Of a stretch of 64,000 nucleotides of DNA, positions 39,171 to 52,705 are shown in pieces (the stretch's first letter is position 1; every line of letters begins with the position of its first letter). The position numbers were made by a program, and so were the translations under genes. The DNA comes from the human T2T-CHM13v2.0 reference genome, Homo sapiens. Location of the stretch: assembly GCF_009914755.1 (NCBI RefSeq), contig NC_060936.1; one strand, given 5' to 3'. A model generated the notes under the pieces. That model did no database searches, had not been told where the DNA came from, and saw only the letters and a program-made list of their open reading frames with translations.

Positions 39171-40565
39171 CCTTCATCTACTGCTCCAGATTGCTAAGCT
39201 CTCTAGAGTAGGTCAGTATCCCATTAACCATCATATTCTCATTGTGTAATGTTACATCTGGCATATAGTGGATTTTCTCTGGTTAAGTTGTTCAACTCAC
39301 CTTTTGTTTTCTATCCTTCAGGTCCCATCAACATACTCTAAATATAAAAGCCCTATGTGCTTCTACGTCTTCTTCAATTATTTCCTCAAAGAAAGAAGTG
39401 AACAAACAAAATAACATATATTTAGAAAGAGGTTAACACTTAGTTCTCTAATCAGTGACATTCTAGAGAGAGTAACCTAGCAGTTGTCTCTAGTGACTTC
39501 TAGGTTCACTGTCATGAAAACCTAAATATAAGTACTAATATTCTGTTAATGCTTTACTGAGTATGCACAAGAGGAAAACACATTTCTCCTGCCTATGCAG
39601 CTTCAATAATTATTTCCTCTTAATGTCTCTTGATTATGTGGCATAGATATAAAATACAACATTTGGTTATAACTCTGCAAGGTGTATACTAAGAGTTGGT
39701 ACCACGTCTGCCACCAGAAGCTGGATGTCAGTGAAAATGGCATCTAATTACAAAAGTTAAATGGTAGCCAGAATCCCCTTTCCTCTCTTTTCTGTATATG
39801 CCAGTTAGCTTACATTGTTTATGTGTAAGATTTTTTTTTTTTTTAAGTTTCTGGAGAGTTTTTTAACTTTCACACCTAGTGCTCCGGTTCAGCGCTACTG
39901 TGGTGGCTCCGAGGAATTTCACCTAATTATTACTGAGAGCAAAGCAGGAGGAGCATTCTCTCTTCACCCAATTTTTGGTCTTGTAATATTCAGGTCCTGT
40001 ATTCAAGGGTGTTCAGCCTAGTGGACACATGTGATGAAATCCATTCCACACTCCATGAACCAACATGTGCCTGTCAAGGCTATGCCTGCCTAGCAGAAAT
40101 ACCTTGTCACAATTTCATGAAACAGCCTCCCGGGCTAGGATATCCCTGGTTTCTCTGTTCTTGACCCAGCACTTGAGTAAGGGCAGCTTTCAATGTACTT
40201 TAAATGGATTGCCTTTTAAATGATTGCAAACAATTCTTGTTGTCAAGTCGTTATTGTTATTCATACTAAAATCTTTTTTCTTCCCCATATCCTAATTTGT
40301 AGCAGTGCCATCTTAGGGATGCAGAATTTTTCTACTTTGGGATAAATTATCTGATTACGTACTTCTGACAAAAATTCCTCATGCAAACCCGCTTTAAAGT
40401 AAAATGGTTTCATAATTTTTGTTGGTACTGACATTAAAGGTATTAAATATATTTTAATGGTTCTCTGCAGTTTACCACCTTCTCTTCTTCCCAGTAAATT
40501 ACATACAAAACTGGGAATATATTGCAAAAATAACAGAGGTGAGATATACATCTATGTATTAATAA

Positions 40566-40900
40566 TCCTTCCTTCCTTCCTTTCCTTCCTTCCCTTCCCT
40601 TCTCTTCCCCTTCCTTCCTTCCCCTTCCTTCCTTTCTTCCTTCCTTTCCTTCCCTTCCCCTTCCCCTTCCTTCCTTCCTTTCCTTCCTTCCCTTCCCTTG
40701 CCTTCCCCTTCCTTCCTTTCCTTCCTTCCCTTCCCTTGCCTTCCCCTTCCTTCCTTCCTCCCTCCACCCTCCCTTCCCCTTCCTTCCTTCCTTCCTTTCC
40801 TTCCTTCTTTCCTTCCTTCCTTCTTTCCTTCCCTCCTTCCTTTCTTCTTTCTTTTGTTCCTTTTCAGCCATCCATCCATCCACCCATTTATTCATCCATG
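40566..40900. repeat. ~300-bp (CCTT)n-like polypyrimidine tract followed by (TCCA)n
   Basis: Only 4 purines between 40566 and 40865. Confidence 0.95.
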
Positions 40901-41122
40901 TATATTCTTTGGCTTTCCAGTCTGGTTTCTTAACCACTATAATTCTGGACTACCTGAGTAAACTGTTCTCCATTATAAAAGAATTGTACAGGGGAAGCAA
41001 TTGGGCAAACCAAGAATTCTCACGCAGATTGTGATTGAAACTCAGTGGGATAGAAAGACAGCACTTTGATTAGGAGCCCTTCATTGTATTTACCATTTCT
41101 ACTGTCCTTTAAACTTTATCCT

Positions 41123-41428
<306 letters not shown>

Positions 41429-42111
41429 TTATCCTCCAACATAGATAATGAGAGTATTTTGTAAGATGCGAAGACCATATATGCTTGGGAAGCTTACGCC
41501 GAAATACAATTATATAACCTGGGTCATTAGTTTGTGATAAAAATAACATTGTACTTATTTTAAATTTGAAGCTATTTTACCAAATTCTCCTCTCTCCTCT
41601 AGTGAGAATACCTTTCTTTCCTTCAAAGGATGCCTTTCCTCAAGATAATTGAAAGCATCCTAAGGGCAACCTCATTCCACAAGTCTAGTTTTGGTCCCTA
41701 GCCTTTCCACTGGAGAGGGAAGTTTGATTTATCCCCGTGGCAATGGAGGACTCTAAAACAGCTACTGGAGGCTGAGTGCCAGTGGGATACTCTGTGGTTG
41801 CTAAGCCTAAGGTGGGCATCACTGCTGACTCCTAGAGATTCTACAGAGAAACCTCTTCTTCATTCGCTAGAAGACATTGTTACTATCAGTAAGGTTAAAG
41901 GGATTGCCTGCCTCCCCACTGAAGTTAGATGACTCACACTAGTTACTTGAATTTAATTTGTCTATATTTCATGTGGATAAAGATCACAGTGCCATAGCTC
42001 TTTAGAGACACATATCTCTCAATATGAACATAGTCTTTCTCTCTTTCTCACCCTCTCTTACATGATTTTTTCATGATGTTTCCTAAATATCCCCCTTGTT
42101 AAAATAAAATA

Positions 42112-42405
42112 AGTCAGGCATAGTGGCTCATGCCTGAAATCCCAGCACTTTGGGAGGCCAAGGCATAAAGAAAACTTGAGCCCAGAAGTTTAAGACCAAC
42201 GTAGGCAATATAGGGAGACACTATCTCTATAAAAAATTTTTTAAAAGCAGGCATGTGACACACACTTATAGTCCCAGCAACTCAGAAGGCTGAAGTGGGA
42301 GGATCACTTGAGCGTGGGAGTTCCAGGCTGCAGTGAGTCAAGATTGTACCACTGCACTCCAGCCTGGGTGACAGAGCAAGACTTTGTCTCAAAAAATAAA
42401 TAAAA
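42112..42405 (+). mobile_element. AluJ
   Basis: J-type text (ggaggatcacttgagc..aggctgcagtgag); diverged. Confidence 0.85.
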
Positions 42406-42788
42406 TGAGCCAAATCAAAGGGTCCTATTTTTTTTTTCAGAGTAAAAATAAGAGGTCTTCCAAGATCTGTGCATCCACAATCAATCGTTTTGAGTGACCT
42501 CATGTCCTGCTACCTTGTTCCCTCTATAACCTTCTCACTTCTCTCTGAGGATGCCAAACACCACCCATTTCTAGGCATTCCCACCCATATTTCTCTCTCC
42601 TAGAAACATACTTCCACCAGATATCTACTGTGTCTCCTGTCTTCACCTCCTTACCTCCTTTAAGCCACAATTCAAATGTCAGCTTTTCAAAGAGGCCTGC
42701 TCAGATTACACCATTTGGATTACAACTCCCAATGCCCACCTGTAGTCTCAGGTGTCTTTCCCTTGCTTTATTTTTTAAATTTATGCAT

Positions 42789-43160
42789 TGTTTTTAGTCT
42801 GTTCTCACACTGCTATAAATAACTACCTGAGACTGAGTAATTTATGAAGAAAAGAGGTTTAATTGACTCACACTTCTGCAGGCTGTACAGCAGCATGGTT
42901 GGGAGGCCTCAGGAAACTTAAACCATGGTGGAAGGCAAAGGTGAAGCAAGCACATCTTATCATGGCAGAGCAAGGAAGGAACTGCCACACACTGTTAAAC
43001 TATCAGACCTTGTGAGGGCTCACTCACTGTCATGAGAACAGCATGGAGGATACTGCCCCTGTGATCCAATCACCTCCCACCAGGTCCCCCCACCCCCACC
43101 ATCTGGGGATTGCAATTCCAGATGAGACTTGGGTGGGGACACAGAGCCAAACCAATATTA
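42789..43160 (-). mobile_element. MaLR solo LTR (MSTA-like)
   Basis: tgtttttagtctgttctcacactgctata..gggacacagagccaaaccaatatta; 5-bp TSD tgcat (42784-42788 / 43161-43165). Confidence 0.85.
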
Positions 43161-44318
43161 TGCATGCTATTTCATTCCATAATTAACATGTCCTTATACA
43201 AATAAGATTTCACACTATGTTTTTAAAAATTTTAATAAACTTTACTTTTAAAAATAGTTTTAGATTTACAGAAACATTGAGAAGATAGTTCAGGGAGTTC
43301 CCATATACCTATACTCCATACAACCCCACACAGTTTTCCCTATCAATATCTTACATTAGTTTGGTGTGTTTGTTACAATTTATGAGGCAATATTAATATA
43401 TTAGGATTAACTGAAGCATACATTTTATTTAGATTCCCTTAGTTTTTACTAATGTCATTTTCCTTATCCAGCATCCCATGAAAGATACCACATTATATTG
43501 AGTTATCCTGTTTCCTTTGGCTTCTCTTGGCTATGATGATTTCTCATACTTGCCTTGTTTTTGATGACCTTAACAATTTTGAGGAATATTGGTTAGGTAT
43601 CTTGTAGAATGCCCTTCTATTGGAATTGCTCTGAAGTTTTTCTTATGATTAAACCAGGGTTATGGGTTTTGGGGAGGAGGCTGACAGAGTGCCATCTTCA
43701 CCATATCATATCAAGGGTATATACTACCAACATGATGAATCACTGTTATTAATCTTGATCTCCTGACTGAGGTAGCATTTGTTGGTTTTCTCCACTGTAA
43801 AATTTCTCTTTTCCTTTTCCCTCTTTTTATACTGTACCCTTTGAAGGAAGTTACTAGGCACAGCTCCCCCTTGTGGAATAAAAAGCTATGATTCATCCTT
43901 GAGGGTGTTACATCTACATAAATTGTTTAAAATTCTTTTGTATCAGAAATATCTTTATTCTCTCATTTATTTATTTCTCCTCACATTTATTTATGTCAGT
44001 GACAACTCAAGGATGTTTATTTTATACTTTGGGTTGTAATCCAATAATACTTCATTGCTCAAAATGTTCTCATTTTGGCCACTAGAGCTCTTTCAGTTGG
44101 TTCCTATGTCCTTTTGGAAAATCCCCAACATTGTGGGGTTTTGTTTCATTTTGCTTTGTTCTGTTCGAGCTTATTGTCTGCACAAGATGATCCAAGCTCC
44201 TTGTTCCTTTTATTGGAGAATGGAATTAGACACCAAAACCTAGGCAGTTGTTGCTACTAGGGTATTGATGCTTCTAGGCCCTCTTAGCTAACAGAGTATG
44301 AAATATATTTATGTATAC

Positions 44319-44827
44319 TGTATTAGTCAGGGTTCTTCAGAACCAACAGGATACATACACATACATACATATACACATACACATGTATATACGAGGAGAT
44401 TTATTATAGAAATTGGTTCACATAGTTATAGAGGCTAAGATGTGCCACAGTCTGCCATCTCTAAACTGGAGAACAAGGAAAGTGGGTAGTGTGATTCAGC
44501 CCAAAGACCTGAGAACTGGGGCCCACAGGTGTAAAATCTGATCAAAATCTGAAAGCTCAAGAACCAGCAACACCAATGTCAGAGTGCAGAAGAAGATGAA
44601 AGTCTCAGCTCAAAAAACCCTTCCCCTGGCTTTTTTGTCTATTCAGGTCCTCACCCAACTGGATGATGTTCACCTACAATAGTGAGGGTGACGTTCTGTA
44701 CTCAGTCTATGATTCAAATGGTAATCTCTTCTAGAAACACTCACAGACACACTCAGAAATAACATTTTACCTGCTCTCTGGACATTCCTTAGTCCAGTCA
44801 AGCTGACACATAAAATTAACCAGCACA
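44319..44827 (-). mobile_element. MLT2B-like ERVL solo LTR
   Basis: tgtattagtcagggttct..ccagtcaagctgacacataaaattaaccagcaca, with TG/CA ends. Confidence 0.8.
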
Positions 44828-46573
44828 TGTAACCCATGTACATCTTATCTATACATATTTCTATATGTAACCATTTGTATCTATATTGCTAAGAATGAGA
44901 TCATAGTGATATTTCAAACTTTAATCCATTACCACATGAACCATACTAGTCTCCTCTCCTTGCATGTCTGAAAATTCCCATTCCAGCAATGAGAACTTGG
45001 TTTCAATCACGTGTTATCTGTTTACTTACTTTTCAGTATACATGCAGAGTGATTTCAAAATTGTTCATCTGTGCCATTATGGGAAAAAAAATTATTAACT
45101 CAAGTGTAGCACTGAAGTATAGCTCCTTTTGCCTTGAGTCTTACAGTCCACTCATTTCCAAAACCTTTCTTCCATTCAATTGAGTTAATATCTTTGTAGC
45201 ACAATTAGATTATTTTGTCACATTCTGCATTCTATCCTGAGATCCTCTTACCTGCTAAATGATTTTTTAAATTTGCATATATTAACATTCATTCTTTGTC
45301 CTGGAAATCTCTATGAGTTTTGACAAATGCATAGTTATATATTTACAATTACAATATAATACAAAATAATTTTTCCACTATAGGAGATCACCTGTCCTTT
45401 CTTTAGCCCTACCCTTTTCTCCTCCAGCCCCAGGAAATCACTGATATTATGACAGTCTCTATAGTTTTGCCTTTACCAGAGTGTCATATAAATGGAATCA
45501 TGCAGTATGTAGTCCTTTCAGATGGGCTTTTTTTTCCAGTTAACAATACATATTTAAGGTTCATTTATGTATTTTTGTGGCTTCATAGCTAATTTATTTT
45601 TATTGTCAAATAATATTCCAATACATGGCTGTACCATAGTTTATCCGTTCTCCTATTGCAGGCCATTTTGAGTGCTTCTAGATTTTGGTGATTATGAAAA
45701 AAAAACTTAAAATCATTCATGTCCATGTTTTTCTGTAGACTTAGGTTTTAAATCAGTTGCATAAATGTCTAGGAAAAAATTACTGGATATATAGTAAGAT
45801 TTGTTTAACTTTGAAAGAGATTGTCAAAATGTCTTCCAAAGTAGCAGTATGATTTTTCTTTCCCACCAGCAATAAATGACAATTTCTGTCACTCGATATC
45901 TTGGCCAGTATGTTGTATCGTCAGTTTTTTGGAATTTAGCCATTCTAATAGGCGTGTACTGGCATGTCATTATTATTTTAATTTGCAATTCCCTAATGGA
46001 AAATGATGTTGAGTATTCTTTTATATCCTTATTTTCCATCTGTTTATCTTTTTTAATGCAGTGCCTCTGGATTTCTTCCCCATTTTTAAATTGGGTTGCT
46101 TGCTTTTTTATTTTTGAGTTTTAAGTGTTTGTATATTTCAGATACACATTCTTCATCAGATCTGTATTTTCCAAATATTTTTTTCTAGTCTTATCTTTTT
46201 GTTCTCTTAACAATGTCTTTCATAAAGCAAAATTTACTTTAATTAAATCTGTTTTTAGTTCTTTCACAAATTGTGCCTTTTGTGTTATTCTTAAAAATTG
46301 CCAAAACCAATGTCACTGAGATATTTTCTTGTTTTCTTCTAGAAGCTTTATAGTTTAACATTTAGGTCTGCAAGGTATTTTGAGCTAAATTTTGTGGAAA
46401 GTGTATAGTCTGTGTCTGGATGTCCCTCTCCCCTTTTTCATACAGACATTCAATTGTCTGAACATGCTATCTTTTCTTGGTTGAATTGCTTTTGCTCTTT
46501 CTTCAAATATCAGTTGAGCACATTCATTTTGGTATATTTCTGGGGTTTTATTCTCATTGATTTATCTATGGGC

Positions 46574-46793
<220 letters not shown>

Positions 46794-48369
46794 TGATTAT
46801 TGTAGCTTTAGAGTAGGTCCTGAAATCAGCTAGTGTTAAGTCCCTCAGTATTAGGTTGGTTGTTCTAGGTCTTTTGATTTTCCATGTAAACTTTAGAATC
46901 AGTTCGTGAATATTTATAAATAGCCTGCTGGAATTTTTGTTGGGATTGCATTGACTCTATAGAAAACATTGGGAAGAACTGACATCCAACATTATTGAAT
47001 CTGGTGGAATATTTATATAAAATATCCCTCCATTTATTAGATCTGCACTGATCTCTTTCATCGAAGTTTGGTAGTTTTCCACATGTAGCTTCTCTGTGTA
47101 TTTGGTGCTGTTGTAAATGGTATTTTTAAATATTGAACTGATTTTTCTTGTCCTTTAACATGTTTTACTTTTGTTGAAATGTTTTATTGTTGAAAGACTT
47201 ACATGATGTATTAGATAATAAGAACGGAGGTATATGGCCATTTGTGTGAGGTTTTATGTTATTTTGGCTAGGAGTTGTACTGTGTTCAATATTTGCTTTA
47301 GCCATATGTTCCAGAGACTTCACATTCTATGAGATTCTGTTTTTTTATTCTCTACTGTCTTTGGGCTTCCCTAAAAACTCATATGTAAATAAAGTCTGTG
47401 CCTTGCAGTTTTTTTAACTGTTCTCCACTATTACTCACTATTACTATATACACTAGTACCCTGTTGATGTGGTGGTAGCAAGTATGTTAAAGGAATCCTT
47501 CTATAATCTTATGATGGGATCTTAGTCCTTTACTAGACCTGTGTTCCTGGGCTGTGATCTACACCAGTATTTCCTAGTTTTGTTCTCCCCTTTCAGGTGA
47601 GACAGAATTGCTAGATGGGAATGAAGTTGGGTAAACACCGCTCCTGTTGGGTGTAATAAAGCTCTGAGAAGTCTTTTTCCCAGGATAGTAGGTCTTTGTT
47701 ATAGAGAATGTCCCGGGCATTTTTTTTTTTCATTTGATGAGTTTAATGCTCAATGGTAGCAACTTATTGTACAAGATGACTCCATTGCCACAAGAGAGAT
47801 ATGTCTGCCGATAGGGTCACATATTCAGATTGGCTGGATATGGCACTATCATCCCTGGGCAGAAGGCAAAAGCAGTTAAGCCATGAAGTCTTAATACACA
47901 AGCATCATGATGCTGCCCTAATGAGAAAAGTGCTCTTTCTATGAAAGATGATCTCTCTCCTCTTCCTTTATTAGTACAATAACAGAGAGTGCAAAGGGAA
48001 AACAACATCCTAAATATGGTAGAATCATGATCACGTGCAAGAGAGGCAAATGGACAAATAACATAGAACTCATATCAGAAAGACATTATCAGAAATGTGG
48101 GGAGCCACCTGGAAAGAAAAGGCAGTCCCCAGAAAAAAAAGCCATGAGAAGCAGCCATTTTGCAAAGCCTCAATAAAATATATCTATAAATATGTACATT
48201 GAAAGTGAGCTAAACAACTACATAAGCAGAAACCAAGTTTGGTCCAACCCTTCTAATGAAAGAAAAAAACCAGTTTCAGCAAAGACAATCATGAGACAAG
48301 AATTAATTATCTACCATGCATAGAAGGAGATTAGCAGACCAAGGGCAACACGCCCTTGTAACCACCACT

Positions 48370-48812
48370 CTGGGCATATTTCTGAGTGAATATTTTTTCC
48401 TCTCTGTGCCAGAATTCATTCTTGCTTCAAGATCTTTGCATCTGTAATTTCCTTCTGAGAATCTGTTTCCCCCAGATATCTGAGTCATTTGATCCCTCAC
48501 TTCCTGTAATTCTCTGCTTGAAAGTCATATTCTTATAGAGGCTTTTGCTTATTAACTTTTATATAATATGTTGTTAATACCCCCAACACCAGCAGGCTGG
48601 CATTTCCTCCTTACCCTTTTAACTCCTTGTTATTGTGCGTATTTCTATGTTATGTTTATAAATATTTTCTGGTGGTTTTGGATTATTATCTGCTTCCTCC
48701 ATTTGTATTAGAAACATGATGGTAGACTTTGCTTTGTTAGCTAATGTAACCCTGGTGCCTAGAATAATCCTTTGCACATAGTAGCATCACAATAAACATT
48801 TGTTGAATTAAT
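48370..48812 (+). mobile_element. L2 3' fragment
   Basis: Ends gtgcctagaataatcctttgcacatagtagcatcacaataaacatttgttgaatt. Confidence 0.75.
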
Positions 48813-49599
48813 TTCAAGAATATTATGGGTTATTAAGTTTTTCTTTAGCTATACTTCATCTTCTGTTTAACATTTAAATTGCTTTTTCTCTGTTTAAATT
48901 TCAATGGTTATATTACTCATTTTTAGCAGTTCTATTTTATTACTCTCCAAATATGCTGTGTCTTCTCTGAGTGTCTTGCTTCCTAACTTACCTTGGTTAA
49001 TTAATTATCTTCTGTGATCTGACAACCTCCTGTGCGGATCTCTACTAAAGCACTAATCACACTGATTTATAGGTGCCTATAAGCCCTTAAGCTGCACCTT
49101 TGCAAAGACATCTGTATTTTGTCTTTCCATCATTAATGTCTTTATTCAACAGTCATCGAATGCCAGTCAGCTATGTCTTGTATGCAATATTAGGTGCTAA
49201 AGGAAAAAAAATGGAAAAAAAAGTTAATCATAGTCATTGCTCTCAATAATTGGTTGTCTAGAACAAGAATTTGGCAATAAGTAAAACTAAGAATAGTAGT
49301 AATAATAATTTTAATATTAGTGTAATACTAATAAGGAAGAAGGAAAGAATGCCTGTTACCCTTTAATGAGAACGACTATTTGCCATGTACTGTGCAAATC
49401 CTTTCCGTGCATTATTTTTGCTGACTGAATGGGAGAATGAATGAATGCTTCATCTACTTGAATTAACAATTATTATTGCATACTGCCATGGGGAAAGCTT
49501 TTACGGTCCTCATTAATGATGGTGTTTAGTTGATTTTGTAATCCCTCTGTACTACCAGAAAAACCTATTTGAAGAAGAGCATGGAACTGGGTAGTCTGT

Positions 49600-50900
49600 C
49601 TTTGGAGAAGAGACTTCAGAATCACCTCAATCATGGAATCCTTTGAGGCTCTCCTTTCATACATCTGTCCACTTCTTACTTCCTTCTAACATTTCTCTAG
49701 CCCAAGACCCTCCACTTTGGGCCACTATGCCTTATTTCTGGAATTTGTCTTTGTCTTTGTATGTAGTGGAGTATCATATCTATTCTCTTTTCATTTTACC
49801 ATTTGCACTTTAAAACTTCTCAATATTCATGACTATTTCTCTAGCTCTGATATGCTGCTGCTGCAAATCCTTTCTTTCACCCTAGACATAAAGTCCAATC
49901 AGCTTACTACCCTTTTTTGGTTCCTCTTGCTAAACCTACACAGTAATGCAGGTTTTTCCAGGTTTTCAAATGCCATTCCTTACCAAGAAGTCTCAATATC
50001 AGACAAAGCACTTTTTACTTGTGTCTAAAATGCCTCAAATAATAGACTATTGGAATTATCTTTCTAATGAGAATTGTGTAAGCTTGATTTGTGATTAACA
50101 ACTGGTACAATTTACTCTGCTTCTCTCCTAGTATTCTAGAATCCTTTACCCATTTACAACTTCCAATATAATTATTTGTTCTCATTTTGACAAAAAATCA
50201 ATTTTAAGAAATTTTCAGGCAAGTATCTGGAAATATATACACTGTTTTATCTTATTCTTGGGATAATATAGTAAGTATAGCATTTCAAATTTTATATTTA
50301 AGTGTATACAGTATCTTGATATGTCCCTTTTTTCTACTTTGGAAAAAAAATGAAAAATCGACATTCTTCAAATTTAAATGTTATTCTTATTTTCTGTTTA
50401 TCTCCCAAGTATCCTTAGTCAAGAGTTGTGGAAGCTTTATTCTGTCCTGTAACTCTCTTCTATATTCTTTCAAACTAGGAAACAAATCTACATCATGTTC
50501 AATGGGACTGCTTTCTACAACAAATCACTCTACTAGCTCAGTGAGTTTTCTCTTTAAGCATTTCCCACTAAGCTCTAGATTTTTAAATTAAAGATCCTAA
50601 TTTGGTTTTCTAGTTCACTGTCTTACTGACTAAATATATTTGCGCAGCAAGTGCTTTTATCATAGCCTCTTGCTTAAGTCCGAAGCTTTTTTTCCTTTTT
50701 CCATAAAGGCCCGAATTTGCTGACTGCATTCCCCATGATTTGTTTTCATAAACAGGCTAACATATAAAGGTCAACAGTGAGAGTCTAACAACCTGAAATT
50801 GAGCACATGATTATCATTTAATGTGCCTCTTTTCCACTGATTCAGGGATGAAATAAACCAACCTTGGAGACAGGATAAAAATTATTTGATTTTACCATAT
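49600..50900 (-). mobile_element. Highly decayed RTE-clade LINE reverse-transcriptase region (L4/MamRTE1-like)
   Basis: Minus-strand translation across frameshifts follows RTE RT order: KRG..NFR; QQIRAFMEKG; KLTELVE; DLFPSLKEYRRE..LPQLL; NLKNVDF (YADD position); CLKIS; VNG..LE; PALLC; EVLK; PKVEG; KWTDV.KE. Aligned by eye. Confidence 0.55.
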
Positions 50901-51059
50901 GGAAAAAGTGAGTTTGCTAAGAAGTTTGAGGCCTGAATCCTTTTGCCCTTAGAATGAATTATAGATGGCCAGAGAATCTCCATTCCACCCCCAACCCCCA
51001 CCATAGAGAAACGCAATAGTTACTTCCTATAAAAACAGGTATTTTAAAAGAAAAAAATT

Positions 51060-51361
51060 GCCCTGGTGCAGTGGCTCATGCCTGTAATCCCAGCACTCTG
51101 GGAGGCTGAGGTGGGCGGATCACTTGAGGCCAGGAGTTCGAGACCAGACTGGCCAACATAACAAAACTCCATCTTTACAAAAACTGCAAAAAATAGCCGG
51201 GCTTTGTGGCGTGCGCCTATAATCCCAGCTACTCGAGAGGCTGAGGCAAGAGAATCACTTGAACCTGGGAGGCAGAGCTTGTAGTGAGCTGAGATTGCAC
51301 CACTGCAGGACAGAGAAAGACTCCGTCTCAAAAATAAAAAACAAAAAACAAAACAAAAAAA
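51060..51361 (+). mobile_element. AluS with a small right-arm deletion
   Basis: Alu dimer; flanks aaagaaaaaaatt / aaagaaaaaatt. Confidence 0.9.
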
Positions 51362-51944
51362 GTACTTGAAAGAAAAAATTAAGGGTTGAGAAGAGATGCA
51401 AAATGCATCATCATTTGGTCTGCCTGTCTTTAGACTAGGAACATAGCATTGAAGTTAGTAAAGCAGACTGCCCTGTGCTGTTGTGTCATTTTGCTTGAAT
51501 CATGGTCCAGAAGGACCATTGCTCAGAATTAAGGGGCCATCCATTTTCAATGACTGTTGATTACTTTTGTTGGTCTGTTGAGAAATTCCAATTACAATGT
51601 CAGCTAACAGGTAAGCTTCAATTCACTGGGATCTCTCTTAAGGCCTGTCTGATGCTCTCAACAAGTCATTAAACAGATATCCCCTAGTATGATTTTAGGC
51701 CACTACTGCTCTCACACAGATTTAATTCAAACACATGGAACCTGAGAGTACAGGATCTGTGTCAATTGTCAATTGTCAAGGAACATTTATATTACTCAGT
51801 CTTGATAAAAACAGATATTCTAATGATCAATGGAAATGTAAACATTTATTACAGGGCATACAATGTTCAAAGCAGAGCTGATTTGGATTCTTCTCTAGTT
51901 AGGGTATTAAATATGGTTAATTATGGTTAAATTAAATGTAACTA

Positions 51945-52150
51945 ATAGCAACAATAGCTAACATTGCAAAAGTACTATTCTAATAAACATTTTGGTATAT
52001 TCACTTATTTAATCCTCATATTAATGTTTTGAGTAGTTACTGTTATCCCCGTTTTACTGATGAGGGCAGTGAAGTATAGAGAGAGTAGGTGTCCCCAAGT
52101 CTACGTGATTAGAGGGTGGCAGAGGTAGGATTTGAAACCAGCTAGTCTAG
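51945..52150 (-). mobile_element. MIR
   Basis: atttaatcctcat..tgttatccccgttttactgatgagg..ggcagaggtaggatttgaaacc. Confidence 0.75.
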
Positions 52151-52405
52151 TACTAGAATTATTGTTTGTAACAACACCACTAAGCTATTGACTGAGGAGT
52201 GATAGTGTCTATCCCAAAGAAGGCCAGTCAATAAATTTGTTCTCTTCCCATTTTCTTTTATCTTTCTGAACCCTCTAAAATGATGCCTTTGTTTCCTTTG
52301 TTTAATGAATTGACTCAATAAATATTTGCCGAGTGCCTCCAGTTTACCAAACACTTTTCTCCTGCCAGGGATGACGTGGTGACTAAAACAAATATATGAA
52401 TATCA

Positions 52406-52488
52406 CAGGAATAGACATCACTCCACAAGTGCCCATATTTTTATTTTCATGAGTGGCACTGGCACTCGTGGAGTGATGTCTATTTCTG
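52406..52488. mobile_element. 83-bp MITE-like hairpin (hAT-Charlie type, possibly MER106-related)
   Basis: Terminal inverted repeats caggaatagacatcactccacaagtgcc / ggcactcgtggagtgatgtctatttctg (2 mismatches) with CAG..CTG ends. No clear 8-bp TSD. Confidence 0.65.
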
Positions 52489-52549
52489 TCCTAATCATTT
52501 TACCCCCAGCCCAGACACTGCAGTCAGAGTAAAAGCTGAAAACCCAGCA

Positions 52550-52705
52550 CATTATTTCAGTTCTGCAGCTCCATTTTCACATAAGTAAGATGAAGATAAT
52601 GATAATGCTTGCCTCCTAGGGTTGTGAATCATTAATGAGTTAACTTATGCAAAGTACTTAGAACCATGCTTGACATGTAAAAGGGGCTCCCTTGCTCTAT
52701 TGTTT
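52550..52705 (+). mobile_element. MIR
   Basis: gcctcctagggttgtgaatcattaatgagttaacttatgcaaagtacttagaacc. Confidence 0.65.

Noticed and set aside
40443-40961. Several long ORFs on both strands (up to 164 aa)
   Set aside because: Artefacts of a stop-free (CCTT)n tract.
47731-48330. Unique, coding-looking stretch
   Set aside because: No recognisable motif or sustained open frame on either strand.
50674-50736. Minus-strand MGNAVSK.. resembling a myristoylated Gag start, with a splice acceptor just upstream
   Set aside because: The ORF stops after 20 codons. Downstream stop density is near random, and the region fits an RTE reverse transcriptase remnant better.
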